Assembly (NCBI GenBank): GCA_963796455.1
Contig: CAWCLO010000007.1
Coordinates: 64,001-128,000, forward strand
Origin: Candidatus Sulfomarinibacteraceae bacterium
GTDB taxonomy: Bacteria > Acidobacteriota > Thermoanaerobaculia > Thermoanaerobaculales > Sulfomarinibacteraceae
Reading direction: 5' to 3'
DNA length: 64,000 nt
The position numbers were made by a program, and so were the translations under genes. Of this stretch, positions 31,919 through 43,042 are shown one piece after another (position 1 is the stretch's first letter; each line of letters starts with the position of its first letter). Below the pieces are notes generated by a model. That model was not told the origin of the DNA and ran no database searches. It saw only the letters and a program-made list of their open reading frames with translations.

Positions 31919-32742
31919 ACCTCACGGACGGTGTAGGACACCGCCTCGAGCTGGCCGATCAATCGGTCGAATTCGGCGAAGGAGAGCTGGGTCGTGGCAT
32001 CCGAAAAAGCGTTTGCAGGATCGGGGTGAACTTCGATGAAGAAGCCATCGACGCCGGCCCCGGCCGCCGCCCGCGCCAGATAGGGGTGGAACTCTCGGGC
32101 TCCGCCGGTGGCGTGGCCGAGGCCTCCCGGAAGTTGCAGCGAATGGGTTGCATCGAAGACCACGGGAGCAAATTGGCGCATGGTCGGCAACCCCCGCATG
32201 TCGACCACCAGATTGTGATAACCAAAGGTCGATCCGCGTTCGGTCAGGACGATTTTTTCATTGCCTGTGGCCGCCACCTTTTCAACCACATTGGCCATGT
32301 CCTCGGGTGCCAGGAACTGGCCCTTTTTGACGTTCACCGGAAGACCGGTCTCGCCGCAGGCATGGAGCAAATCGGTTTGCCGGCACAAGAACGCCGGCAC
32401 CTGCAACATATCGACCACTTCCGCTGCCTGCGCTGCCTGCTGAGGATGGTGGACATCGGTGATCACCGGCATCCCGGTCACTCGTTTGACCTCGGCCAGT
32501 GCCTCGAGGCCAGCATCCACCCCGGGCCCGCGAAAGCTCGACTCCGACGACCGGTTCGCCTTGTCATAGGACGCCTTGAAGACAACCGGCACACCATGGC
32601 GCTGGGTGATTTCCTGAATCCGTCCAGCCACCTCGACAACAAAATCCCGCGACTCGACAACACATGGACCGGCGAGATAAACAGGCCGCGCACCGTTCCC
32701 AATCTCAATCCCCGGAGCGATCTCGAAGCTCTTGATTGTCAT
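31909..32742 (-). CDS. kdsA: KDO-8-phosphate synthase
   Basis: AGPCVVES, KASYDKANRSS, PAFLCRQTDL and DATHS motifs. Confidence 0.97.
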   Translation of the reverse strand: MTIKSFEIAPGIEIGNGARPVYLAGPCVVESRDFVVEVAGRIQEITQRHGVPVVFKASYDKANRSSESSFRGPGVDAGLEALAEVKRVTGMPVITDVHHPQQAAQAAEVVDMLQVPAFLCRQTDLLHACGETGLPVNVKKGQFLAPEDMANVVEKVAATGNEKIVLTERGSTFGYHNLVVDMRGLPTMRQFAPVVFDATHSLQLPGGLGHATGGAREFHPYLARAAAGAGVDGFFIEVHPDPANAFSDATTQLSFAEFDRLIGQLEAVSYTVREVCR

Positions 32743-32784
32743 GGGAGGTAGTTTACCAGCAGGTGACCGGATCCTTGATCGTCG

Positions 32785-33241
32785 GTCACTGCTGTACAAA
32801 ACAAATCGTCCTATGACGTTGGCCACTTGACGTCACGAGGTCTGCGGGTTGGATTCTGGCATTTCCGATTCGCCGTTGCCCCGAGTCCGAGTCCGTGTCC
32901 ACGCCCGTATTACAGCGGCAGCGACGGCGTCCAGGGACAGCGACAGGCAGCAGCGACAGAAAACAGCGATCAGTGTTCAGCGGCAGCGGTCAGCGATCAG
33001 CTGCCGTGACGGCGTGGCCACCTCCGGGTCGTTCAACGGAAGGAACGGCCGTTGTGGTGTGAGCGTCTCGCCTGCACACCGTGCGGCCGAGACGGCCGCA
33101 CCACAAAGGCCTGAGCCCCGAAGCAGTGAGCGCTGTTCGCTGTCGCTGTTCCCTGTCCCTGCCGCCGATCGCTGGCGCTGATGACTGAACGCCGCCGCTG
33201 TCCCTGAACGTTATCCGAGACACTGTCTTGGACAAGAGTGA
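32785..33241 (+). mobile_element. MITE-like composite element, copy B (between pyrG and kdsA)
   Basis: Degenerate left end gtcactgctgtacaaaac; REP-like doublet 33054-33104; right end ctgtcttggacaagagtga; CAGCATC tract follows at ~33250-33306. Confidence 0.75.
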
Positions 33242-33320
33242 GCAGTGATCCTGCATCCAGCATCCAGCATCCAGCATCCAGCATCCAGCATCGAGTATCG
33301 AGCATCGCCTCGCGGTGATT

Positions 33321-35808
<2,488 letters not shown>

Positions 35809-35862
35809 CCTGTTCATCGATGCTATCGACCGTCGACGGTGGAGTCAAGGGGCAAAACCAAT

Positions 35863-35880
35863 ATTCATACAATCGTTTGT
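35863..35880 (-). promoter_or_regulatory. Candidate TetR operator upstream of kdsB
   Basis: acaaacgattgtatgaat on the minus strand, 16/18 identical to 36025-36042 at the tetR start. Confidence 0.5.
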
Positions 35881-36036
35881 TAGTTTTTGCTAATTTATTC
35901 TTTTATAGCAATTTACATAACCAATATTCAATAAAACACTCGTCAAAAACCGACCCGGGCGTAAAAAAACCACGGGCCGCCTTCTCAGACCAGGAATAAG
36001 TTGAGACTGGTGCCTAAAAATGATACAAACAACTGT

Positions 36037-36645
36037 ATGAATTTAACGACCCGCGAACGACTGATCGAGGCCGCGATGCGTCTTTTTGCCGACGGAGGGT
36101 ATCGAGGAGCGTCGGTGCGCGATATCTGCAACCACGCAGGCGCAAACCCCGGTGCGATTTCTTATCACTTCGGCGGCAAGCGCCAGCTCTATCGGGCGGT
36201 TCTGCGGCGAGCAGCATCCGATCTTGCCGATACCGGACCCGTGGCCGCGGACGAAAACGGCGAAGCCGCGCCACTTCAGATCCGCGAAGTCCTCCGCCGG
36301 GTCTTTGTCCGGACCGGGGAAAACCAGATCGCCACCCGGCTCCTGCTGCGTGATCTTGCCGACGGAGGAGCGGTTGCCGTTGAATCACTGACCCCGCCGC
36401 TTCGCAACGCATTCAAAGAGATCGCCAATTCACTCGGGCACGGCGACAACCCCCGGGCGAGCTTGGAAAGCCGGCTGTTGTTTCTCGATCTCGCCGCTCC
36501 GATTTTTGTCTTGACCGCAGCCTGGCCCATCGTCGCGCAGGCCCTTGAACTCGATATCGATCAGCGCGAGGCATTGTTCGAGAGGATGGTGGGGCGCGCA
36601 CTGGAATCGGGTGGAGAAGGCGAGGAGATAGAAGCTAGATGCTAG
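36037..36645 (+). CDS. TetR-family regulator (CecR/YbiH-like)
   Basis: TRERLIEAAMRLFADGGYRGASVRDIC...ISYHFGGK HTH; stop codon lies in the GCTAGAT tract. Confidence 0.9.
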   Translation: MNLTTRERLIEAAMRLFADGGYRGASVRDICNHAGANPGAISYHFGGKRQLYRAVLRRAASDLADTGPVAADENGEAAPLQIREVLRRVFVRTGENQIATRLLLRDLADGGAVAVESLTPPLRNAFKEIANSLGHGDNPRASLESRLLFLDLAAPIFVLTAAWPIVAQALELDIDQREALFERMVGRALESGGEGEEIEARC

Positions 36646-36752
36646 ATGCTAGATGCTAGATGCTAGATGCTAGATGCTAGATGCTAGATGCTAGATGCTA
36701 GATGCTAGATGCTAGATGCTAGATGCTAGATGCTAGATGCTAGATGCTAGAT
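36634..36752 (+). repeat. Perfect heptamer tandem repeat (GCTAGAT)x17
   Basis: Counted directly. Confidence 0.97.
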
Positions 36753-36859
36753 GCGGCAAGATCGTCGACTATCCCCAACCGATGTCAAGAGCATTTCTGA
36801 AATCTTGTTGATCTGCCGATTGCAGAGGTTGATGAAAGAGGCTGAATCCTGCTTCCTGC

Positions 36860-37357
36860 ATCACTCTTGTCCAAAACAGGTCGTCACCTGAAGTTTCCCA
36901 CCTGACACCATGTGGTTTAAGGGTTGGTTTTTGGCATATCCGGTTCGCGGCTGCCCGTGCCCGTGTCCGCGTCCGCGTCCGAATTGCAGCGGCAGCGACA
37001 GTGTCCAGGGTGCAGGGACAGCGACAGGAGGCAGCGTCAGCGGCAGGGATCAGCGACGGAGATCAGCAATCAGTGTTCAGCGGCAGCGGTCAGGAGTCCA
37101 GTCGCCGAAGTGGCAACCTCCTGGTAGTTCAACCAAAGGAACGGCCGCTGTGGTGTAGGCGTCTCGCCTGCACACCGTGCGGCCGAGACGGCCGCACCAC
37201 AAAGGCCGGAGCCCCGAAGAAGTGAGTGCTGTTCGCTGTCCCGGCCGTTGATCGCTGACGCCGATGACTGAACGCTGATGCTGACTACTGTCCCTGCTTG
37301 CCGTCCCTGTCGCTGTTCCTGAAATCTGTCCGAGACTCCGTCTTGGACAAGAGTGAT
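36860..37357 (+). mobile_element. MITE-like composite element, copy C (best preserved)
   Basis: Perfect 15-bp IR atcactcttgtccaa (36860-36874) / ttggacaagagtgat (37343-37357); REP-like doublet 37150-37200; CCWGCAT-type heptamers on both sides. Confidence 0.8.
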
Positions 37358-37394
37358 CCAGCATCCAGTATCTTGCACCCAGCGCGCTCCCGCG

Positions 37395-38531
37395 CTACAG
37401 CACCTCTTCGGTGATGACGAATTCCACCCCGTGTCGTGCGAGGTACTGGAAAATGTAGTCGTAGCAAGCCGCATCGCGACCCACGATTTCTGGTGGTGAC
37501 AGTCCTTTTTCCGAAAAGAGGCCGTCGGCAATCGCGTTGACCATCGCCGTACAGGTATAGCCGGTCGTGCGGGCCATCGAGGTGATCCCGGTTTCGTGAT
37601 TGTAGCGGTCGAGGAGATCCCACCGCCGGATGACATATTCGCCGTCGACCACGCCCTCGACCTCGACCCGCATCACCGTCACATCCTCCTCCCCTTCTTC
37701 CAGTTGCCAGGCAGGAATCAAGAGTTTGGCGGTGAGATCGATCGGCCGAACCTCGGTGTCGCCGACGACCATCGGTTCTTCGTCGAAAAACCCGGTATCG
37801 CGAAGCATCGACATCTGTTCGCAATGCCCCGGGTAGCGCATCGTCTTTTCCTTCATATCCGGAACCTTGGAGGTCTTGAGCAGGGTCCGGAGACCATCGG
37901 TATTGAAAGCCTCGAGTGTGCCGACCCTGTCAAAGTCCAGCGCCTCGATCTCGGACAGCGCCGGTCTGGTCACGATCTCACCGGCCTCGACCAGTCGAGC
38001 CGGCCTCGTGTATTCGGCGATCACATCAATGGGCGAAAAGGGCGCCTTGTACTGAAAGGGCCAGTGGCGTGCGACAGGCACCCCACCGACATAGCACCGG
38101 AAGGCATCCACACGTTCCCAGGAAGCCTCCGCGCGACCGAGGATCAGATTCGAACAACCGGGCGCCACGCCGCAGTCCATGACGGCCGTGACTCCGCGAT
38201 TCACGGCAACCAGATGGAGCGGCCACGGCTCTTCTTCGAAAAAGGAGATATCAACGACATTGACGCCGCCTTCGATGATTCTGCCCAGGGTCGAGAAACC
38301 CATCGGACCCGGCACGGCACCGACCACAAGATCACATCCGGCAATGACCCGGTCTATCTCGGTGGGAACCCCAAGATCGGCGCATTCGGTGCGCAGTCCC
38401 GAAACCCGACTCAAGCGACCAAGAGCCTGCTCCGATAAATCCGCAACCGTCAGGTCGAATCGACCCGCCGCCGCCAGATCCCGCGCCATCGCCTCTCCCA
38501 CTCTTCCTGCTCCAAGAATGACAATCCTCAT
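37395..38531 (-). CDS. Saccharopine dehydrogenase family protein (lysine 6-dehydrogenase-like)
   Basis: GAGRVG, DCGVAPG, EAFNTDGLRTL, KTMRYPGH and SMARTTGY motifs. Confidence 0.88.
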   Translation of the reverse strand: MRIVILGAGRVGEAMARDLAAAGRFDLTVADLSEQALGRLSRVSGLRTECADLGVPTEIDRVIAGCDLVVGAVPGPMGFSTLGRIIEGGVNVVDISFFEEEPWPLHLVAVNRGVTAVMDCGVAPGCSNLILGRAEASWERVDAFRCYVGGVPVARHWPFQYKAPFSPIDVIAEYTRPARLVEAGEIVTRPALSEIEALDFDRVGTLEAFNTDGLRTLLKTSKVPDMKEKTMRYPGHCEQMSMLRDTGFFDEEPMVVGDTEVRPIDLTAKLLIPAWQLEEGEEDVTVMRVEVEGVVDGEYVIRRWDLLDRYNHETGITSMARTTGYTCTAMVNAIADGLFSEKGLSPPEIVGRDAACYDYIFQYLARHGVEFVITEEVL

Positions 38532-38667
38532 CAACACCTCCGGGTGGGAAAGATTACACCACCCTCCGTCCCTCACGATACCCATGTGGCGAACTTCTCC
38601 TGCCGGAGACCCGGCTGGACAGATATCCTGTTATTGAGTAAAAACACTCGCGCGAAGGAGTGCTCGA

Positions 38668-39066
38668 ATGGCTGAAAGAAACAATCTCCAAACCCTCATG
38701 CTCATCCTCGAAGCGTTCAACAGCAACGACGTCGATGCAGCCTCCGAACACGTGGCCGAAGACGTCGTCTACACTGTTCGCGGTCGCGCCTCGGTCAGCG
38801 GCACCTTTCACGGTCGCGAAGAGGTCGCCGGAGTCTTGCGACGGATCAAAGAAATGACCGGCGGCACCATGATCGGCATCCCCGAGGTGGTGTTGTCGAA
38901 CGGCAACCACGTCATGATGTATATGAATATCAGTGGACTGCGACCCGACGGCCGCCGGTACGACAACTACCAGGCTTATCTCTACCGTTTTCGCGACGGC
39001 CAACTCATCGAAGGCCAAACCATACCCGTGGATCAGCACGCCTTTGCGGAGTTTCTCGCGGATTAG
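38668..39066 (+). CDS. SnoaL/NTF2-like protein
   Basis: AEDVVYTVRG, SGTFHGREEV and YRFRDGQLIE motifs. Confidence 0.85.
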   Translation: MAERNNLQTLMLILEAFNSNDVDAASEHVAEDVVYTVRGRASVSGTFHGREEVAGVLRRIKEMTGGTMIGIPEVVLSNGNHVMMYMNISGLRPDGRRYDNYQAYLYRFRDGQLIEGQTIPVDQHAFAEFLAD

Positions 39067-39082
39067 TGGAGGCCTCACGGCC

Positions 39083-39195
39083 GCTGGATGCTGGATGCTG
39101 GATGCTAGAATGCTAGATGCTAGATGCTAGATGCTAGATGCTAGATGCTAGATGCTAGATGCTAGATGCTAGATGCTAGATGCTAGATGCTAGAT
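39083..39195 (+). repeat. Heptamer tandem repeat: 3x GCTGGAT + GCTAGAAT + 12x GCTAGAT
   Basis: Counted directly; followed by the same ~95 bp core as at 36753-36848. Confidence 0.95.
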
Positions 39196-39302
39196 GCGGC
39201 AAAACTGTCGATTATCCCCGACCAATGTCAAGAGCATTTCTGAAGTCTTGATGATCTGCCGATTGCAGGGTTTGAGGAAAGAGGCTGAATCCAGCATCCA
39301 GT

Positions 39303-39761
39303 ATCACCGCTGTCCAAAATAGATCGTCACCTGAAGTTTCCCACATGACAACACGTGGTTTATGGGTTGGTTTTCGGCATATCCGGTTCGCGGTTGCCCG
39401 TGCCTGTGCCCGTGCCCGCGTCCGAATTGCAGCGGCAGCGACAGTTTCCAGCGACAGCGACAGGGAGCAGCGACCGGGTTCAGCGATCAGTGTTCAGCGG
39501 CAGCGATCAGGAGTCCAGGCGACGAAGTGGCCTCCTCCGGGTGGTTCAACAGAAGGAACAGCCGTTGTGGTGTAGGCGTCTCGCCTGCACACCGTGCGGC
39601 CGAGACGGCCGCACCACAAAGGCCGGAACCCGAAGAAGTGAATGCTGTTCGCTGTCCCGGCCGCTGATCACTGACGCTGATGACTGATTGCTGCCGCTGA
39701 CTCCTGATCTCTGTCGCTGTCCCTGTTCGCTATCCGAGACTCTGTCTTGGACAAGAGTGAT
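39303..39761 (+). mobile_element. MITE-like composite element, copy D
   Basis: Left end atcaccgctgtccaaaatag; REP-like doublet 39567-39617; right end ctgtcttggacaagagtgat; C(C/G)AGCAT tract runs on to ~39830. Confidence 0.8.
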
Positions 39762-39852
39762 CCAATATCCAGCATCCAGTATCGAGCATCGAGCATCGAG
39801 CATCGAGTATCGGTATCGTGCATCCAGTATCAGCGACAGACAGGGAGCCATC

Positions 39853-40236
39853 ATAAACCTCGAAAAACTCAAGAGCTATCTCACGGCAAAGCACGGTGCT
39901 TCCGAGGGCGCAGCTTTCGGACCCGAACATCTGACCTACAAGGTCATGGGCAAGCTCTTCACCGTCGTTTCCTGGAACGAAGAGCCCGTTCGGATGTCGC
40001 TCAAGTGTGATCCGGCCAAGGTCGACGTCTTGCGTAAGGTGTTTTCGGCTGTCCAACCGCCCCCCTATTTCAACAAGAAACATTGGAATCTGATCATTCT
40101 CGATGGCTCGGTGCCCGAGGCGGAATTCGCAGCCATGATCGACGAGTCCTATGACCTGGTAGCCAAAGGGCTGACACGACGACAGCAGGACGAACTGGAT
40201 TCGACAATTCCTCAGCCCAGGGCCTCCCGCACATAA
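39853..40236 (+). CDS. MmcQ/YjbR family protein (apparent ATA start)
   Basis: YKVMGKLF, SLKCDP, YFNKKHWN and MIDESYDLV motifs; GGGAG 5 nt before ATA. Confidence 0.75.
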   Translation: MNLEKLKSYLTAKHGASEGAAFGPEHLTYKVMGKLFTVVSWNEEPVRMSLKCDPAKVDVLRKVFSAVQPPPYFNKKHWNLIILDGSVPEAEFAAMIDESYDLVAKGLTRRQQDELDSTIPQPRASRT

Positions 40237-40306
40237 AACCGAAGCGCGGAATCCATCACTCGGCGCGTCGGTTGCCATAAGAAACACCAGATAGGACGGT
40301 GGCGGT

Positions 40307-40747
40307 ATGGAAGTCAAGAAGCAGGTCTCCTTCAGAACTCTGGTTCGGGCCGAGCCGGCAAAGGTCTACGACGCATTTGCCACCAGCGAGGGACTCGACT
40401 CGTGGTTTACCACCGGTACCGAACTTGACCCCCGTCCCGGCGGCAGCATCACCCTTCGATGGAAGGACTGGGGACCCGAGAAGTACACCGGCGAACATTC
40501 GGGGCCGGTTCTCGAAGCTGATCGCCCTCGTCGATTCTCGTTCCGGTGGTTGGTGGATTCCGGCGGCTACGAGACCACGGTCGAGATCGACTTCAGTGCC
40601 TGTGACGAAGGCACCTCGGTCGAATTGATCGAGCATGGTTATCAAGAAGGCCCCGACTTCCAGCAGGACATGATCAACCGGGCATCCGGCTGGGCCCAGG
40701 CGTTGACTTTGATGAAGTTCTACGTCGAACACGGCGTCACCTACTGA
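40307..40747 (+). CDS. SRPBCC/AHSA1 domain protein
   Basis: KVYDAFATSEGLDSWF and GWAQALTLMK motifs. Confidence 0.85.
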   Translation: MEVKKQVSFRTLVRAEPAKVYDAFATSEGLDSWFTTGTELDPRPGGSITLRWKDWGPEKYTGEHSGPVLEADRPRRFSFRWLVDSGGYETTVEIDFSACDEGTSVELIEHGYQEGPDFQQDMINRASGWAQALTLMKFYVEHGVTY

Positions 40748-41052
40748 GCACGGGGTCCCCGAAAACATGCACACCGTCGAGTACAAAATGCCCTCAGAAA
40801 AAAATTCCGAAAACGAGGACGACCGGGCGAAGGCAACCTGATCAGCGTTCCAGTTCCGCCGAAGTCACGGCTCCAAAACAATGTCGCGGACTGCAACGAA
40901 GGACCCGTCGCCCGGCCGCTGAAGAATCACGACACCATCGCCAGAACAACAGGGATTCTCGAGCAGCCGTGACACCCGATGTTTCGGCTCATGACAAACC
41001 CTCTTTCCGTGAATATCGTATTTCTTGAATAACCAACCGAAAGGGGCCATTG

Positions 41053-41346
41053 ATGCTTCCGGAAAAACAGGACAGAACATTTGGTGATTTCTACAAATCG
41101 GCCCGTTACAACAAGATACTCGACGAGAAGACGACCCTGATGATCCACCTCGCGGCCGCCATGTCGGTGGCATGCTATCCGTGAATGCAGCACTATCTTG
41201 GCGTGGCCAAGAAAAAGGGCGTGAGCGATGAGGAGATCGGCGCGGTGCAGTCGATCGTGATGGCGGTGGAAGCCGGTCGGGTGCGGGCTCAGTTTCGCGA
41301 GGCGCGAGAACGCAACGCAGAAAGAGGGACGGGTCGGCCTTCGTAA
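41053..41346 (+). CDS. AhpD/carboxymuconolactone decarboxylase-like selenoprotein (CxxU), 97 aa
   Basis: Manual translation MLPEKQDRTFGDFYKSARYNKILDEKTTLMIHLAAAMSVACYP-U(TGA 41182)-MQHYLGVAKKKGVSDEEIGAVQSIVMAVEAGRVRAQF...; hairpin tcttggc-gtg-gccaaga 11 nt after the TGA. Confidence 0.8.
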
Positions 41347-41462
41347 CCTGATGATAGCGATCGCTTTGATCAAGATACTCACGGCCGATGGAGTCGGCAA
41401 CGACGCGGAATAGCCGGATGCGAGTTCTCGTAATGGATGGTAGCTTGAAAGAAGGACTTCTG

Positions 41463-41912
41463 ATGAATTGCCCGTCCTGCACTACGCCGATGATCGAGGA
41501 AACCCACCACGGCGTCACGGTGGATCGCTGCCAAAGCTGCCAGGGTTTCTGGTTCGATATCGAGGAAATCCAGCGCTATCTCAATGCCCGAGGCACTCTT
41601 CCGGGCCAGCCGGTTCCGAAAGACCCGGATTTTGTACAGGCCGAAACCGGCCCCGCACGCGAGTGTCCGTGCTGTGATGAAAACGCCCTCCACGAGGGCA
41701 GGCTCCGAGGAATCGCGTTTTCGCGATGCTCGTGGTGCGGCGGGATCTTTCTTTCCGGTGACGACCTCAACAAAATTCAGCGCGATATCAGCGACGGAAA
41801 AATGGCGCCCATTCCCGGGTCCGGCCGCTCGTATGGGGAACGTTTCACCGGTCTCGATTTTGCCGAAATCGCCTTTGGGCTCATTTTCGGGCTATTCGGC
41901 GGATTCGACTGA
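41463..41912 (+). CDS. Double zf-TFIIB zinc-ribbon protein
   Basis: CPSC...DRCQSCQGFWFD and CPCC...CSWCGGIFL. Confidence 0.8.
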   Translation: MNCPSCTTPMIEETHHGVTVDRCQSCQGFWFDIEEIQRYLNARGTLPGQPVPKDPDFVQAETGPARECPCCDENALHEGRLRGIAFSRCSWCGGIFLSGDDLNKIQRDISDGKMAPIPGSGRSYGERFTGLDFAEIAFGLIFGLFGGFD

Positions 41913-42037
41913 ACGGTCCCGTCTCACGGACAAATGCGCACAAAATGACCAACACCTTCGAGTTTTCGTCGTATCCTTCTGTTGAGGCGAATGATCGGCG
42001 GACCAACCCACCCGGCCCGCCCCTGCTCTGGAGCATC

Positions 42038-42424
42038 ATGATCTGTCCCAACTGCAACGGAGAAATGAGCGAAGAAAGCCGCGGCGGAGTCAAACTGGAT
42101 CTCTGTCAGGTCTGCTTCGGTGTGTGGTTCGATGGCGGCGAACTCGAGGAATACCAGGCAGGCGGCGGTTCGGTGCGCTTGAGCGGCATCCCGGAATCGA
42201 AGTCACACTTCGAACCTCTGGGTGAATCGACCCACGTCAAGTGCCCGCGCTGCGAGAGCGACATCCTCCGCCACGGCAAGATCTCACGTCACAGAGTCAT
42301 GCGTTGCACCTCGTGCCGGGGGCTTTATCTGCCAAAGGCCAACTCGCGCTTCAAACATACTGAGGACAGCATTCTGGATTCTGCGATCGGCGCCTTCGAG
42401 GAGATCGTCAGCGCTCTCTTCTAG
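42038..42424 (+). CDS. Double zf-TFIIB zinc-ribbon protein (paralog)
   Basis: CPNC...DLCQVCFGVWFDGGEL and CPRC...CTSCRGLYL. Confidence 0.8.
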   Translation: MICPNCNGEMSEESRGGVKLDLCQVCFGVWFDGGELEEYQAGGGSVRLSGIPESKSHFEPLGESTHVKCPRCESDILRHGKISRHRVMRCTSCRGLYLPKANSRFKHTEDSILDSAIGAFEEIVSALF

Positions 42425-42752
42425 TTTTCTGAACGTCTGCCAGAAGTTTTCGCAGACTCTCGGCCTCGATGTGCTCCGGTTGTCGAAAACGCAGACAACT
42501 CCTACCGCAATCGGCGCCCGCGAACGCCTCGCGGTGCCTGTCCAAAACCTCGGGCATCACATACAGCGCGACATAGTGCTTCTGGGCCGCGAGGTTGGCC
42601 AGACCGGGATAGCCGAGCATGCCGTACTCGATGATCTCCTCGGCTTCGGGGACAACATCGAAGATCGCTCCCCGGATTGCCTCGAGCATGTCCCGCTGGG
42701 TCCCGGTGACCTCGTTACGGTAGGCCTCGGGTGAGTCGGCATCTCGTTTCAT
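42408..42752 (-). CDS. DUF1801 (YdhG-like) protein
   Basis: EEIIEYGMLGY, LAAQKHYVALY and CGRSCLRF motifs. Confidence 0.8.
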   Translation of the reverse strand: MKRDADSPEAYRNEVTGTQRDMLEAIRGAIFDVVPEAEEIIEYGMLGYPGLANLAAQKHYVALYVMPEVLDRHREAFAGADCGRSCLRFRQPEHIEAESLRKLLADVQKTRRER

Positions 42753-43042
42753 GGCTGTGGGCTCCTCTCCGAACCGGCGACCCGTCTCTGTGGTGAATGT
42801 ATCTTGAACAACCGGCGATGTGCCATGATTATTCGCATTCGGGGTGCGAGGCCCTCGTCGATGTTGCTCGAGACGTCGATCTGGGGCCGAAAACATCACA
42901 AGGAATTTCGCACCACTGAAAGGAACTCTGTCATGAGGATCTGCTCGGAATTGCTTCGATTGACCATGATCTGCAGTGCAGTCATGTCCATCACCGGCAG
43001 CAGCCTCAGGATAGGAAAACCGTTCGGGAGTCCATCAACTCC

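Noticed and set aside
36751..36891. 46-aa ORF starting at the last ATG of the heptamer tract, with a shorter counterpart at 39194
   Set aside because: Differences between the copies are mostly non-synonymous, the stops differ, and there is no RBS.
36634..39830. CRISPR array interpretation of the repeats
   Set aside because: No constant 23-47 nt repeats with unique, evenly sized spacers; no cas genes.
40820..40918. Inverted repeat gaccgggcga...tcgcccggcc upstream of the selenoprotein gene
   Set aside because: Only ~9 bp in GC-rich DNA with no supporting internal structure; expected by chance.
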